Source: a virus. Taken from it: 64,000 bases of DNA. The stretch lies in the IMG/VR virus record IMGVR_UViG_3300028177_000003, positions 25,530-89,529 of that record; one strand, written 5' to 3'. The stretch's first letter is position 1. The number at the start of each line of letters is the position of its first letter. Position numbers and translations under genes: made by a program. This document shows positions 1-8,501 of the stretch, piece after piece. The notes beneath the pieces are model-generated. The model saw nothing but the letters and a program-made list of their open reading frames with translations, was not told the origin of the DNA and made no database searches.

Positions 1-1
1 C

Positions 2-937
2 GGCGTTCAAGACTCGGACCCCTGGTGACAGCTGTTCCAGGACCTCCTTCAAGGCATCCGCGAACTCAGCGGACCCCTTGGAGGGGACGTTGATGATCGC
101 CTTTTGCTGTCCGTCGGCAACCCACCGTGTTGCGATCTCAACGAGGGATGAGCCCAGGTCCTTCGGCAACACGTTGCCCGACATCTCCTCGGTGGACTCT
201 GCAGTCGATGTCAGTATGTGGGACTCGACGCGAAGGTTGCGGGGAGCCCACCCAGAGTTCATGTGCTCAGCCAGAGTCCTCGTGTAGACCCTTGCGTAGT
301 TCAGATAGACCTGGGCCCCATCCGTGCGGTACGGGGTCGCCGTCAAGAGGATAGCTGTGCCCATCCTGTCCATCCAGGCCTTCAAGAAGACCGACAGCTC
401 GTTCAGGGGTCGCCCTTCCTTATCAAACATGAGGTGGTGCGCCTCGTCAATGACCAGGATCCGCTCACAAAGATCTTCCGGAAGGGCTTCAATGTCCCAC
501 GACGTCAGCTGGGAGTGCGTTGTGGGGAGGAAGGGGCGGGAGGAGGAGCCGGACAGGGCAGTATCGAAATGCCCTCGTTTATCCCCGGTCTCGCGGAGGT
601 CTTCCATGAACCAGGTGGGGTCGATGACGCAGCAAGAGTCCGAGGCGACCCCCGGCTCCATTGGGCGGAACACGTTCATCAGGTGGGTCGGGCGGAAGCC
701 CTCCTCGATTGCGATGAACGGGGTGGCGATGACGGCACCAGGGAAGTGGTGTCGCAGCTTTGCCAGGGTGTACTGAGTGGTGAGCGTTTTTCCCGAGCCC
801 GTGGGCATGGCCAGAACCACGAGATCTTGCCCGTCCATGATCTCGGAGATGCAGAACTTCGCTGCATCATCCTGGTAGTCTCGGAGAACCCGTGTCTCTA
901 CGTTCTCTACGTGTGGGCGAGGCTGAAGACTGACCAT
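2..937 (-). CDS. SF2 DEAH-box helicase (runs off window start; absent from ORF track)
   Basis: Manual translation from ATG 937 (GGAGG RBS): MVSLQP..LRDYQDDA (Q motif), AMPTGSGKT (Walker A), ILVIDEAHH (motif II). Confidence 0.9.
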   Translation of the reverse strand, partial: MVSLQPRPHVENVETRVLRDYQDDAAKFCISEIMDGQDLVVLAMPTGSGKTLTTQYTLAKLRHHFPGAVIATPFIAIEEGFRPTHLMNVFRPMEPGVASDSCCVIDPTWFMEDLRETGDKRGHFDTALSGSSSRPFLPTTHSQLTSWDIEALPEDLCERILVIDEAHHLMFDKEGRPLNELSVFLKAWMDRMGTAILLTATPYRTDGAQVYLNYARVYTRTLAEHMNSGWAPRNLRVESHILTSTAESTEEMSGNVLPKDLGSSLVEIATRWVADGQQKAIINVPSKGSAEFADALKEVLEQLSPGVRVLNA

Positions 938-958
938 ATACGAGTCCCTCCACCCACA

Positions 959-986
959 TTACGCCTCGGGCTGTGGCGGGGAACCC
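959..986 (-). promoter_or_regulatory. Class A phage promoter-like motif
   Basis: GGGTTCCC-N13-GGCGTAA upstream of the helicase RBS. Confidence 0.7.
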
Positions 987-1093
987 TCCTGGTCGCAGAA
1001 GAGCGCGTGCTCACCCCCGGCAGGGGCTCGGGTCATCGGCCAGCTTGGCAGTGTAGCCTTCGGCAACACCTTCGGCTGATCCGAGGGTAGGGT

Positions 1094-1471
1094 CTAACCG
1101 AGCGGCTCGCCGGACTGCTGGGGCCCGTCGAGGGTCTCGAGGAAAGCCATCGCCTCCGCGATTACGTCGTCTGCCTCGGTGCCTTCTTCCGTGGTCTGCG
1201 CATAGGCCAGCTGGTAGAGTTCTCGGTTCCCTGCGTGGCGGATACTGATCACGTGCCGCCCCCGCTTGTCTGACAAAACAAGCGGCATCGCACCCGGACC
1301 TTCGGAAATAGAGACCCGTCCTTCCCCGAGAGTAGTCCACAGCAAGGGGGGCAGGCGAGGCCGGAATTGTATGTTCCACCTCAGGTGGCCTTTTCGAGTA
1401 GCCTCCAGCACGGCGACGGCCAGGGCATCCTGCTTCTCCAGAAGGGCGCGGGCTTGTGCGAGTGAACTCAT
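1094..1471 (-). CDS. hypothetical protein
   Basis: 125-aa ORF, AGGAG RBS, 4-bp overlap with upstream gene. Confidence 0.7.
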   Translation of the reverse strand: MSSLAQARALLEKQDALAVAVLEATRKGHLRWNIQFRPRLPPLLWTTLGEGRVSISEGPGAMPLVLSDKRGRHVISIRHAGNRELYQLAYAQTTEEGTEADDVIAEAMAFLETLDGPQQSGEPLG

Positions 1472-1728
1472 TTCGGCTCCTGATCGGGGTAGACCTTCCG
1501 AACCACCCTGGACTCAGGTTCTGGCGGCGGGAGTGCGGGTGGCCTCTTGATCTTCCCCGCCTCGTAGAGGGCCTGCTCGCCCAGCACGTAGACCCCGAAG
1601 ACGGGAACCAGGCCCAGCATCATGAGACCCATCTGGGTAATGGCACTGCGGTCCTTCTTCAGGACCTGGGCGTAGAGGGCGGTGTGCATGACCACATACA
1701 CAACCAAGAAGAGCCACATGCTGCTCAT
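1468..1728 (-). CDS. small membrane protein (2 TM)
   Basis: Two hydrophobic segments, AGGAG RBS. Confidence 0.7.
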   Translation of the reverse strand: MSSMWLFLVVYVVMHTALYAQVLKKDRSAITQMGLMMLGLVPVFGVYVLGEQALYEAGKIKRPPALPPPEPESRVVRKVYPDQEPK

Positions 1729-1737
1729 TTCGGCTCC

Positions 1738-2118
1738 TTAGAAGAATGCTTTCCAGCCCTGGTTGTTCGCCTTGAGGCCGAGCGGCTTGAGGGCCCTGGC
1801 GATCTCGGCGTAGAGCGCGTGCTCGTCGGGGCTGGCGTTCACCATACCGTGGCGGTCGTAGCAGACGAACACGTAGTCGACGACCGCGTCGTTCCACTCG
1901 GACTTGGAGATCTCCTCGTGGCGCATCCCGCAGAGGGAGATGTTGCTCGTCTTCCGCGACCAGTGGTCCTCGGGGTCGTAGTCCGGGTTGTCCCGCTTGA
2001 CCGTGACCTCGATGGTGTCGTGGTCCCCGCCAGGATACTCGCCGACCAGAAGCACGTGTCGCTCGTCGAGGGTTGCACGCAGGACCTCGACCACCTTGTT
2101 AGTTTCCCAGCGCATCAC
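1738..2118 (-). CDS. hypothetical protein
   Basis: 126-aa ORF, GGAGG RBS, ATGA overlap. Confidence 0.7.
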   Translation of the reverse strand: MMRWETNKVVEVLRATLDERHVLLVGEYPGGDHDTIEVTVKRDNPDYDPEDHWSRKTSNISLCGMRHEEISKSEWNDAVVDYVFVCYDRHGMVNASPDEHALYAEIARALKPLGLKANNQGWKAFF

Positions 2119-2498
2119 TCATCCTCCGCGTGGGTCAGAACCTTGACGGCCTGCTCGCAGGTCTCGCGGGCACGCACCTTCTTCCGAGCGAGGGACTCCG
2201 CCATCTCGGGAGCACCCTCGGGAAGGTTCTCCCAGGCACCCTGGATGATATGCAGAGCAATCACCATCTTGGTGAGGTCGTGGAAGGTCAGGCCTGCTCG
2301 AAGCCGAGGACCCAAGACCGTTCCGGCCGAACCCAGGAAGGCGTCCTTCATCTGGCGGGACCAGGTCGAACCCATCTGGGCCGACATCCAGTCCTTCACG
2401 CAGGCAGGGGGGTCGTCGATGATGTGGCCCAGCTCGAACGCCGAAGCAACCAGCTCAGCCTCATGGGCGATCAGGGTGTAGCGGGTGATAGCGATCAT
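2115..2498 (-). CDS. hypothetical protein
   Basis: 127-aa ORF, ATGA-coupled to neighbours. Confidence 0.7.
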   Translation of the reverse strand: MIAITRYTLIAHEAELVASAFELGHIIDDPPACVKDWMSAQMGSTWSRQMKDAFLGSAGTVLGPRLRAGLTFHDLTKMVIALHIIQGAWENLPEGAPEMAESLARKKVRARETCEQAVKVLTHAEDE

Positions 2499-2824
2499 CC
2501 GCTTTCCAAGGACGACTTCATCTCGTCCAGCAGGGGGATGGCGCGAGTCATGGCCGCCAGGACTTCCCGGGGGTCGGTGACCTCAGTGGAGTGGCCCGTG
2601 AACCGTTCGCTGCGCTTGAACACGCCCACCCGAGGCGATCGCATGGTCCCGTGCGGGGACACTTCCTTGCTGAAGCAGACCACGGTGTCGTTTCCGACCT
2701 CGAGGTTGTAGGGGAACTCCAGCGCCCCCTTGCGGGCCATGGAGTAGACGCGGGTGACGAGCACCGGCTCGGCAACCTCGGGGACCTCGACGGCTTCCAC
2801 GGGGAGGGCAGGATCGGCAGACAT
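2495..2824 (-). CDS. hypothetical protein
   Basis: Start moved to MSADP with AAGGAG RBS, just downstream of a class A motif. Confidence 0.65.
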   Translation of the reverse strand: MSADPALPVEAVEVPEVAEPVLVTRVYSMARKGALEFPYNLEVGNDTVVCFSKEVSPHGTMRSPRVGVFKRSERFTGHSTEVTDPREVLAAMTRAIPLLDEMKSSLESG

Positions 2825-2844
2825 GGTAGACTCCTTCGCTTCTC

Positions 2845-2872
2845 TTACGTCGGGAAGCCAGCCAGGGAAGCT
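2845..2872 (-). promoter_or_regulatory. Class A promoter-like motif
   Basis: AGCTTCCC-N13-GACGTAA. Confidence 0.6.
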
Positions 2873-3671
2873 ACTGGGCCACCTGGGGCTCTGCGCCTTC
2901 AAAGACCACGTCAGCTCGGTTCACCACCTGCATGAACGGGGGCATCGGGCAGACCTCGATGCTGGAACGAGTCACCACCAGGTCGGGGTTCCGACGTGCA
3001 TCGTGTCTCTCGGGAAGTCCCTCAAGTTCAGCCGGGGTCAGTGTCCGCTCAACCACGACCCTTCGCAAGAACGAACCACGCTTGAAGAAGGCAGGATAGT
3101 CGTTCCAGTTGACGCCGACTGCGTGCAGCATGTCCTGCATCTCGGAGCCAGTCTTCTTGTGCATCTGCTTGTGCGAGTAGTAGTGGCGGGTCGCCATAGA
3201 GATGGAGTTCTTGGTGGCGTCCAGCTCTCTCCATAGCAATGCGTTGACAGCCTCTTCACGGCTGGGCACTACCCAGGCCCGACTGTCGAAAACAGCCAGC
3301 TTGCCCGCCTTCTCCGGGATCGCCTGGAGGACGGCAGCGTTGAAGAACGCAGTCGCCTGGGAGGCAGTGATACTGACCAGCTTCTGCAGCTTCCCTCCGA
3401 GCCACGGTTCGGAGTTTGGGCCGTGCGGCGCCAGGACCAGAGTGATCTCATCGCTCTGGGTGTACCCGATGCACGCGCCAGTCTCCTTGACCAGGTGGCG
3501 TGTGGTCTCAACCATCAGGTCCGAGAGACGGGAATCGTAGGGACGCTCCAGCCCTCGCGTCCACTTGCTGAAGGTCTTGCCGTCCAGTCGGATGACAACA
3601 GGCAGTCCTGGCAAGGCGGTGCGCCCTGCTTCGGCCCTCTCGTACATCTTCATCCGGTCGCCGAGTTTCAT
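2871..3671 (-). CDS. thg1: Thg1-like tRNA(His) guanylyltransferase / 3'-5' RNA polymerase
   Basis: LGDRMKMYE, IRLDGKTF, YTQSDEI, FDSR, KNSIS and VNWNDYP..FKRG motifs. Confidence 0.95.
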   Translation of the reverse strand: MKLGDRMKMYERAEAGRTALPGLPVVIRLDGKTFSKWTRGLERPYDSRLSDLMVETTRHLVKETGACIGYTQSDEITLVLAPHGPNSEPWLGGKLQKLVSITASQATAFFNAAVLQAIPEKAGKLAVFDSRAWVVPSREEAVNALLWRELDATKNSISMATRHYYSHKQMHKKTGSEMQDMLHAVGVNWNDYPAFFKRGSFLRRVVVERTLTPAELEGLPERHDARRNPDLVVTRSSIEVCPMPPFMQVVNRADVVFEGAEPQVAQ

Positions 3672-3710
3672 GCGGTTCCTCCAGTTTCAGAGTTACCGCT
3701 GCTCGGACTC

Positions 3711-3953
3711 CTACGACCTCTTGAAGATCGCCCCCAGGCTCCTCGGAGTCCTCATCGGCTTCGGAGTGACCGGACCCATGACGAGCATTTCGTTCATCGG
3801 CTCGCGGCGTCCGGTGATAGTCCCGGCGACCCGCACCTCGTAGCGAGGGTTCGTTTTCTTGTCCGTGTGGGCGCAGGTCCCAGCCTCCTCATTGCAGGTG
3901 GGGCAACGGAACGCCTCAGGGGGCAGCTTGGTCCGATTGATGAATTGACTCAT
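3711..3953 (-). CDS. small Cys/His (Zn-binding?) protein
   Basis: CPTC..C.H pattern. Confidence 0.5.
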   Translation of the reverse strand: MSQFINRTKLPPEAFRCPTCNEEAGTCAHTDKKTNPRYEVRVAGTITGRREPMNEMLVMGPVTPKPMRTPRSLGAIFKRS

Positions 3954-3954
3954 T

Positions 3955-4392
3955 CTACAGGGCCTCGATCTCGGCCTCGGTGATCTCGCCTCGCGCTGCC
4001 TTCAACAGGAGGGCGCGCACCTCCTTTCGGGCCTGCTTGGTGGTGATCATATCGACCCAGCCGTCGCGGGACTGGAGCACGTGAGTGAACCCCACCAGGA
4101 TGCCGCTCACCACGGAGTACAGGGTCCCGTTCGGGTCCCTGGTCCGGGATGCAGGGTCATCCAGAGGTTCCAGGCTTTCGATACGACGAGGCTGTTGCCG
4201 TGTTCGAACGACGACCTCGCCGCAGTCCTGCGCTACTCCAGCGACCTTTTCGGCGGAGAGGAGCGCCGCGTTCAGATCCTCTCCAGTGGTGCCGATCTTA
4301 GCGTCGAACCCGGCATCCAGAAGAGCCTTGGCGACCAGAACCGCCACAGTGGTCTTACCCCCGCCCGCTTCCCCTTCTACAGTCACTCGCAC
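3955..4392 (-). CDS. P-loop-containing protein (kinase-like N-terminus only)
   Basis: VTVEGEAGGGKTT Walker A at N-terminus; GTG start with GGAGG RBS. Confidence 0.55.
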   Translation of the reverse strand: MRVTVEGEAGGGKTTVAVLVAKALLDAGFDAKIGTTGEDLNAALLSAEKVAGVAQDCGEVVVRTRQQPRRIESLEPLDDPASRTRDPNGTLYSVVSGILVGFTHVLQSRDGWVDMITTKQARKEVRALLLKAARGEITEAEIEAL

Positions 4393-4449
4393 AGAGCACC
4401 TCCGGGTTCTGTTACCCTTTAGTGAAACTCCTGGCCCTCGTGCGGGGGC

Positions 4450-4484
4450 GGCTCGTCGGGCCGCTGTGAACAACCCGACGAGCC
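4450..4484. terminator. intergenic hairpin (possible terminator)
   Basis: 11-bp inverted repeat GGCTCGTCGGG/CCCGACGAGCC; no clear U-tract. Confidence 0.4.
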
Positions 4485-4570
4485 TAAAGTAACCACCCTC
4501 TCGTGACTGAGGAGGAACCTATGCACCCCTATACCCGCCGCACAATCCGCGAAGCCGGAAATCCGCTGTC

Positions 4571-4816
4571 CTACTCGGTGAGCGTACCTCGGAAGATCTT
4601 CCGGAAGAGCGTCTTCTCCTTCTGGTTGAATTCCCAGTCGTTGGCATAGTACACCGCTTCAACCGCCACCAGGTAGAAGTCCATCGTCCCCCAGTGGGTT
4701 CGCAGAGTGGTGTACGTCTGCTCGTCGGCGCGACCCGCTCGGACATCGTAGACTGCCAGCCCGATGTGGCTGGGGCATTCGGTAGACGGGGCGGGAACAA
4801 AACCGGGACGGGACAT
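4571..4816 (-). CDS. hypothetical protein
   Basis: 81-aa ORF with GAGG RBS. Confidence 0.55.
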   Translation of the reverse strand: MSRPGFVPAPSTECPSHIGLAVYDVRAGRADEQTYTTLRTHWGTMDFYLVAVEAVYYANDWEFNQKEKTLFRKIFRGTLTE

Positions 4817-4857
4817 AGAGACCTCTGGTGAAGGCTACCGTACCCGACAAGCTGACC

Positions 4858-5346
4858 CTACCTCATCATCCGCACCACGCCGTTCCCGGGAGGGTGCATC
4901 TCAGTCCAGGCAGCGAATGCTTCGGCGTCCTCCCCTTCCAGGGCGATACCGAAGTACACCGTGCAGTCCTCGTTGTCCCGGGTGGTCTCTACGACCCGAC
5001 CGTCGGCCTGGGCCCAGGTGTGCTGGAACCAGCCCTGCCGCCACGGGTGGTATGCGTAGCCGATCACAATCGCTGACACACTGCCCTCTCTGAAGAGACG
5101 CGAGACATTCCAGTGGCACGCGCCGTCATTCCCCCAGAGGAACCTCAGACCGTCCGTGTGGAAGCACCGACCCGTCTCCAGGATCTCCCCCAGGTCTGGG
5201 TCGTTGTCGAACTGACCCCAGGGGTCGGTGACCCCCATCCCCGACTCAAGGTCCAGCAGACGGACCTTGAGGGTCCCCACCTGCGCGGGGCTGGGTCGGG
5301 ACATCTTTCCCCGCCAGTTGCTCCCCTCTCTATCTGCGGATGCCAT
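4858..5346 (-). CDS. transglutaminase-like Cys-His-acid protein, paralog of 10880..11458
   Basis: CHWNVSRL..HTWA..GRVVETT..YFGI pattern. Confidence 0.55.
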   Translation of the reverse strand: MASADREGSNWRGKMSRPSPAQVGTLKVRLLDLESGMGVTDPWGQFDNDPDLGEILETGRCFHTDGLRFLWGNDGACHWNVSRLFREGSVSAIVIGYAYHPWRQGWFQHTWAQADGRVVETTRDNEDCTVYFGIALEGEDAEAFAAWTEMHPPGNGVVRMMR

Positions 5347-5362
5347 TCTGCCTCCCACTGAG

Positions 5363-5390
5363 TTACGTCGGGGGAGGCGCCAGGGAAACC
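5363..5390 (-). promoter_or_regulatory. Class A promoter-like motif
   Basis: GGTTTCCC-N13-GACGTAA. Confidence 0.7.
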
Positions 5391-5464
5391 TTAGAACACC
5401 TCAGGGTCCAGGGACGCGGTAGCACTCTTCCGGCCCAGTCTTCGCCGAACTGCATAGACCCGTC

Positions 5465-5962
5465 TCAGGCCTCTGGGACACCTCCGGTCTCCCGGTTTGC
5501 GGTGAAATCCAGGCTCTCCATCCTCTGGATTCGAGACTCGACCACACTGGAGATGCTGGTGAAGCCGTAGATGGCGATGAGGTTCTCTGCAGAGCCCAGG
5601 ATGCTCGAGAGCGCTTCGGGCAGCGTGCCTCGGGACTCGGACCGAATCCCCTCGTGGGACTTGCCCACGCAGCGAGAGAGGCATCCAGCAGCCACGAACA
5701 GAGCACCCAGCGTCCGCTGGGACATGTCGGGGGCGGACTGGACCTTGATCCCTTCGGCCTCGGCGAACCCGCAGACCGCCAGGATGACGTCAGCCAACTC
5801 CTCGGCCATCTCGACTCGGTTGCCCTCGATAACGGCGAGTTGGACCTCGCTGCACTCCTCGACGACCTGGTGGGCGTTGCGCATGGGGGTCTGGCGGCCG
5901 AAGTTCTTCTGGCGCCAGGCGTGCACCCGCTTGCCGATCGCGTCGTAGTTCATCTCAGTCAT
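5465..5962 (-). CDS. MazG-like nucleotide pyrophosphohydrolase
   Basis: VVEECSEV..EELADV acidic motifs; start MTEMN with GGAGG RBS. Confidence 0.8.
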   Translation of the reverse strand: MTEMNYDAIGKRVHAWRQKNFGRQTPMRNAHQVVEECSEVQLAVIEGNRVEMAEELADVILAVCGFAEAEGIKVQSAPDMSQRTLGALFVAAGCLSRCVGKSHEGIRSESRGTLPEALSSILGSAENLIAIYGFTSISSVVESRIQRMESLDFTANRETGGVPEA

Positions 5963-6216
5963 CCTCCGGGCCTGAGATGATACCCCCGACCCCTGTCGTG
6001 ACCGACTCGCCCTTCTCGGGGCAACCCTCCTTCTGGCACCTCCCCCTCCTTGTCGTGCATCCCATAGGCGATGAAGACTCCTTCGGGGTGGGGCTCGCCG
6101 AGGGTCGGTGATGCGCAGATGACTACAAACTCTGGAAGGAGCTTCTTCCCAGGGTAGGACCCCAGCCACATTCCGGGCCAGATCTGATGTGCGTCCAGAT
6201 TACTCGGGTGCTTCAC
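5959..6216 (-). pseudogene. possible truncated dual-specificity phosphatase remnant
   Basis: N-terminal QIWPGMWLGS resembles DSP start; no HCx5R in any nearby frame. Confidence 0.35.
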
Positions 6217-7000
6217 TGAAGTCTCCTGACTTGACTGCCTTGAGGAACCGGTTCTGGCGTCGCTCCCGTTCCAGGACCTTCTCCATACGCTCGATTCGGG
6301 AATCGGAGTCTGCGATAATCTCGTTGAGCGTCTCGGTCGGAGGGAGCTTCAGGGGCGGCGGGGGAGGCTTGGCAACCGGCTCAGGCAGGGGAGCACCGTG
6401 CAGCCACAGGTCCCAGGCTTCCTTGCTCGACAGGTAGTGCCAGGTTCGGCAGCGAGACCCGGGAATCCGAATCTTGTCTCCCACGGACTCACCTCGGTAA
6501 ACCCGTGGGAGCTTCTCCAGCATCAACCCGGAGAGGGTGGTGGAGACCTGGTTGTGGGCTTCGCCCAGGGCTTCGGCCAGCCAGCGGGCGTCCCGAGGCT
6601 CAGTGAGGGCGGCGATCTTCGCCGCTACTCGGTTCCGAAGGTCGGCGGGGGTCGTCCGAGTCGGAGCAGCGAACATTGCCTCCACGGGGGAGGACTTCCT
6701 CTGGAAGGGGTCGTTCTCGGCGATGGCCACTACCCAGCGTCCGCCTCGGTGGTTCTGAGGGAGGTCGGCGGGAAAGTTCGGTGGCGGGTCCACTTCCCGA
6801 TACCAGGCGGGGGTCTGGGTAGTCCCCTTCCCGATTGCGGAGTTTACAGATTCCCGGTTGATGCCTGTTCTCAATGCGGCCAGGCGCACATTGACAGGCC
6901 CGTTCTCCTTGATCCACTTCCAGAGCTTGGCTCTCTGTGAGTTGGGGTCTGGGTTCGAAGGAGCCTGTCGTCCAGGGCCTGTACGGATTCTGCTGGTCAT
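6200..7000 (-). CDS. putative DNA-binding protein with two HTH-like modules and C-terminal coiled coil
   Basis: VRLAALRTGINRESVNSAI and ARWLAEALGEAHNQVSTTL; AGGAGG RBS. Confidence 0.55.
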   Translation of the reverse strand: MTSRIRTGPGRQAPSNPDPNSQRAKLWKWIKENGPVNVRLAALRTGINRESVNSAIGKGTTQTPAWYREVDPPPNFPADLPQNHRGGRWVVAIAENDPFQRKSSPVEAMFAAPTRTTPADLRNRVAAKIAALTEPRDARWLAEALGEAHNQVSTTLSGLMLEKLPRVYRGESVGDKIRIPGSRCRTWHYLSSKEAWDLWLHGAPLPEPVAKPPPPPLKLPPTETLNEIIADSDSRIERMEKVLERERRQNRFLKAVKSGDFSEAPE

Positions 7001-7050
7001 GCGGAGACCTCCTGGCGAGGGCTTACCTATCTCATACTCACCTCGGCCCT

Positions 7051-7623
7051 CTACCGAAGCCGCTGCCCTCGGCGGAGCCACACGTCCAGCATCACCTCTT
7101 GGTAAGAGATGCCCTTTTCCGGCATGTCTTCAATGCCGGTGCGGGACCCCTCGCGAGTGCCGGCGATATTGCGGACCCACTGGGTATCTGTAGATGCCTC
7201 GCAGCCCACCAGCAACCATGCCTTCCCGTGGTTCCAGGGCTGTTCCCACAGAGGGGTCCCGGACCAGCAGTGAAAGCAGCCTCCCCACAAGGTGCCCTTG
7301 CCCTCGCAGAAGAGGCAGGTCGGGTTCGCCTTGTTGGTGACCTTCCCGACCGAAAACTTCACCCCACCGTTGTGCTCGGGTGCTCGGTAGCGTCCGGCTA
7401 CCTTGACAAAGAGAGGCTGACCTACAGGCTCATAGTCCGCGAAGGTCTGCAGCTCTCGGTGCTTGGACCCCCGGCAGATCACCAGAATGTCTGTGCCTTC
7501 TACCGTCTCCCGACCCACAGTGATCCGAGACCCCAGGCCCGACTGCCGGGAGTACACTGGGTCCGCTGCCCTGGAGAAGGGCAGGTCGGGCCAGTATCGA
7601 AATCCGGTCGGAGGGAGTAGCAT
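7051..7623 (-). CDS. hypothetical protein with CxxCxGxG Zn motif
   Basis: CLFCEGKG..CFHC. Confidence 0.55.
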   Translation of the reverse strand: MLLPPTGFRYWPDLPFSRAADPVYSRQSGLGSRITVGRETVEGTDILVICRGSKHRELQTFADYEPVGQPLFVKVAGRYRAPEHNGGVKFSVGKVTNKANPTCLFCEGKGTLWGGCFHCWSGTPLWEQPWNHGKAWLLVGCEASTDTQWVRNIAGTREGSRTGIEDMPEKGISYQEVMLDVWLRRGQRLR

Positions 7624-7694
7624 ACAACCTTCTACCCGTAGTGCTCAGGCGGTGGTTTCACTATCGTTGCACACACGCGTGGGAAGCGGTCCAG

Positions 7695-8117
7695 CTAATC
7701 GGACACTTTCCGGGCGTCGTTCGCTTGCTTGACCCTCGGGTCCTCAGGACCCAGCCCTCGGCACCACTTTGAGTCGGAAGGAGCCCAGGCTACACGGGCG
7801 GTGCTGCGCTTCCCCTTCTTGAGGGCGCGCTCAGCCTTTAGACACTCGCTCTGATTCGCATACGGGCCGAAGACGGCGCGCATCAGCCACGGGCGATGCG
7901 TCGAGGTGTAGCGTCCCCCACCCTTGATCTCCCCATTGTGCTGTCTCAGGCGGCGGAGAGGGTCCGTGGTCGCACCGACGTAGTGGAACCCCGGTAGGGG
8001 GTTCCCCCGCTTCCCGGTTCGGACTTCGAGGCTCTGGATGACGTAGACCCACCACTCATTCTTGGTCGGGCTCTCAGTCGTCAACGAGCACTCCCGATAC
8101 TCGTGCTGAGATGTCAA
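7695..8117 (-). CDS. GIY-YIG nuclease, SLX1-like
   Basis: WVYVIQS..HYVGATTDPLRRLRQHNGEIKGGGRYT..RPW..E. Confidence 0.9.
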   Translation of the reverse strand: MTSQHEYRECSLTTESPTKNEWWVYVIQSLEVRTGKRGNPLPGFHYVGATTDPLRRLRQHNGEIKGGGRYTSTHRPWLMRAVFGPYANQSECLKAERALKKGKRSTARVAWAPSDSKWCRGLGPEDPRVKQANDARKVSD

Positions 8118-8457
8118 AGCTCGTAGAGGATGACCACACGCTCGCCTTGACTATAGCCAGCGCCGGGATCTTGACGGGAGGACTGAAGGCGATGGGCAAC
8201 GCACTGGACATCAACACCATCGAGTCGACGAAGTTGTAGGCCCCGGCGAAGAGTGTTCCCCCGACCGTCTCTACCTCGTAGATCCCGTTTTCGGAGGCTG
8301 GTGTCTGGGCCTTGACCAAGACGCGGTTGCCCGCTGCCAGGCTGATGCCGTCTACTGTGGAGGGGGCTCCGCCTGCAAGCGTGGCAACGTCTGCCAGGGT
8401 GGCAACCCGACACGGGTTCTTGTAGGCAAGACTGAGCTGCTCCCCACTGACGGGCAT
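8074..8457 (-). CDS. short virion-fibre/decoration-like protein
   Basis: CRVAT..TVDGISLAAGNRVLVKAQT.ASENGIYEV motif seen in phage fibre proteins. Confidence 0.55.
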   Translation of the reverse strand: MPVSGEQLSLAYKNPCRVATLADVATLAGGAPSTVDGISLAAGNRVLVKAQTPASENGIYEVETVGGTLFAGAYNFVDSMVLMSSALPIAFSPPVKIPALAIVKASVWSSSTSFDISARVSGVLVDD

Positions 8458-8501
8458 CTGAACTCCAAAACCTGCGAGGAGTGTTCAGCTGTATAGGGTG
8501 T

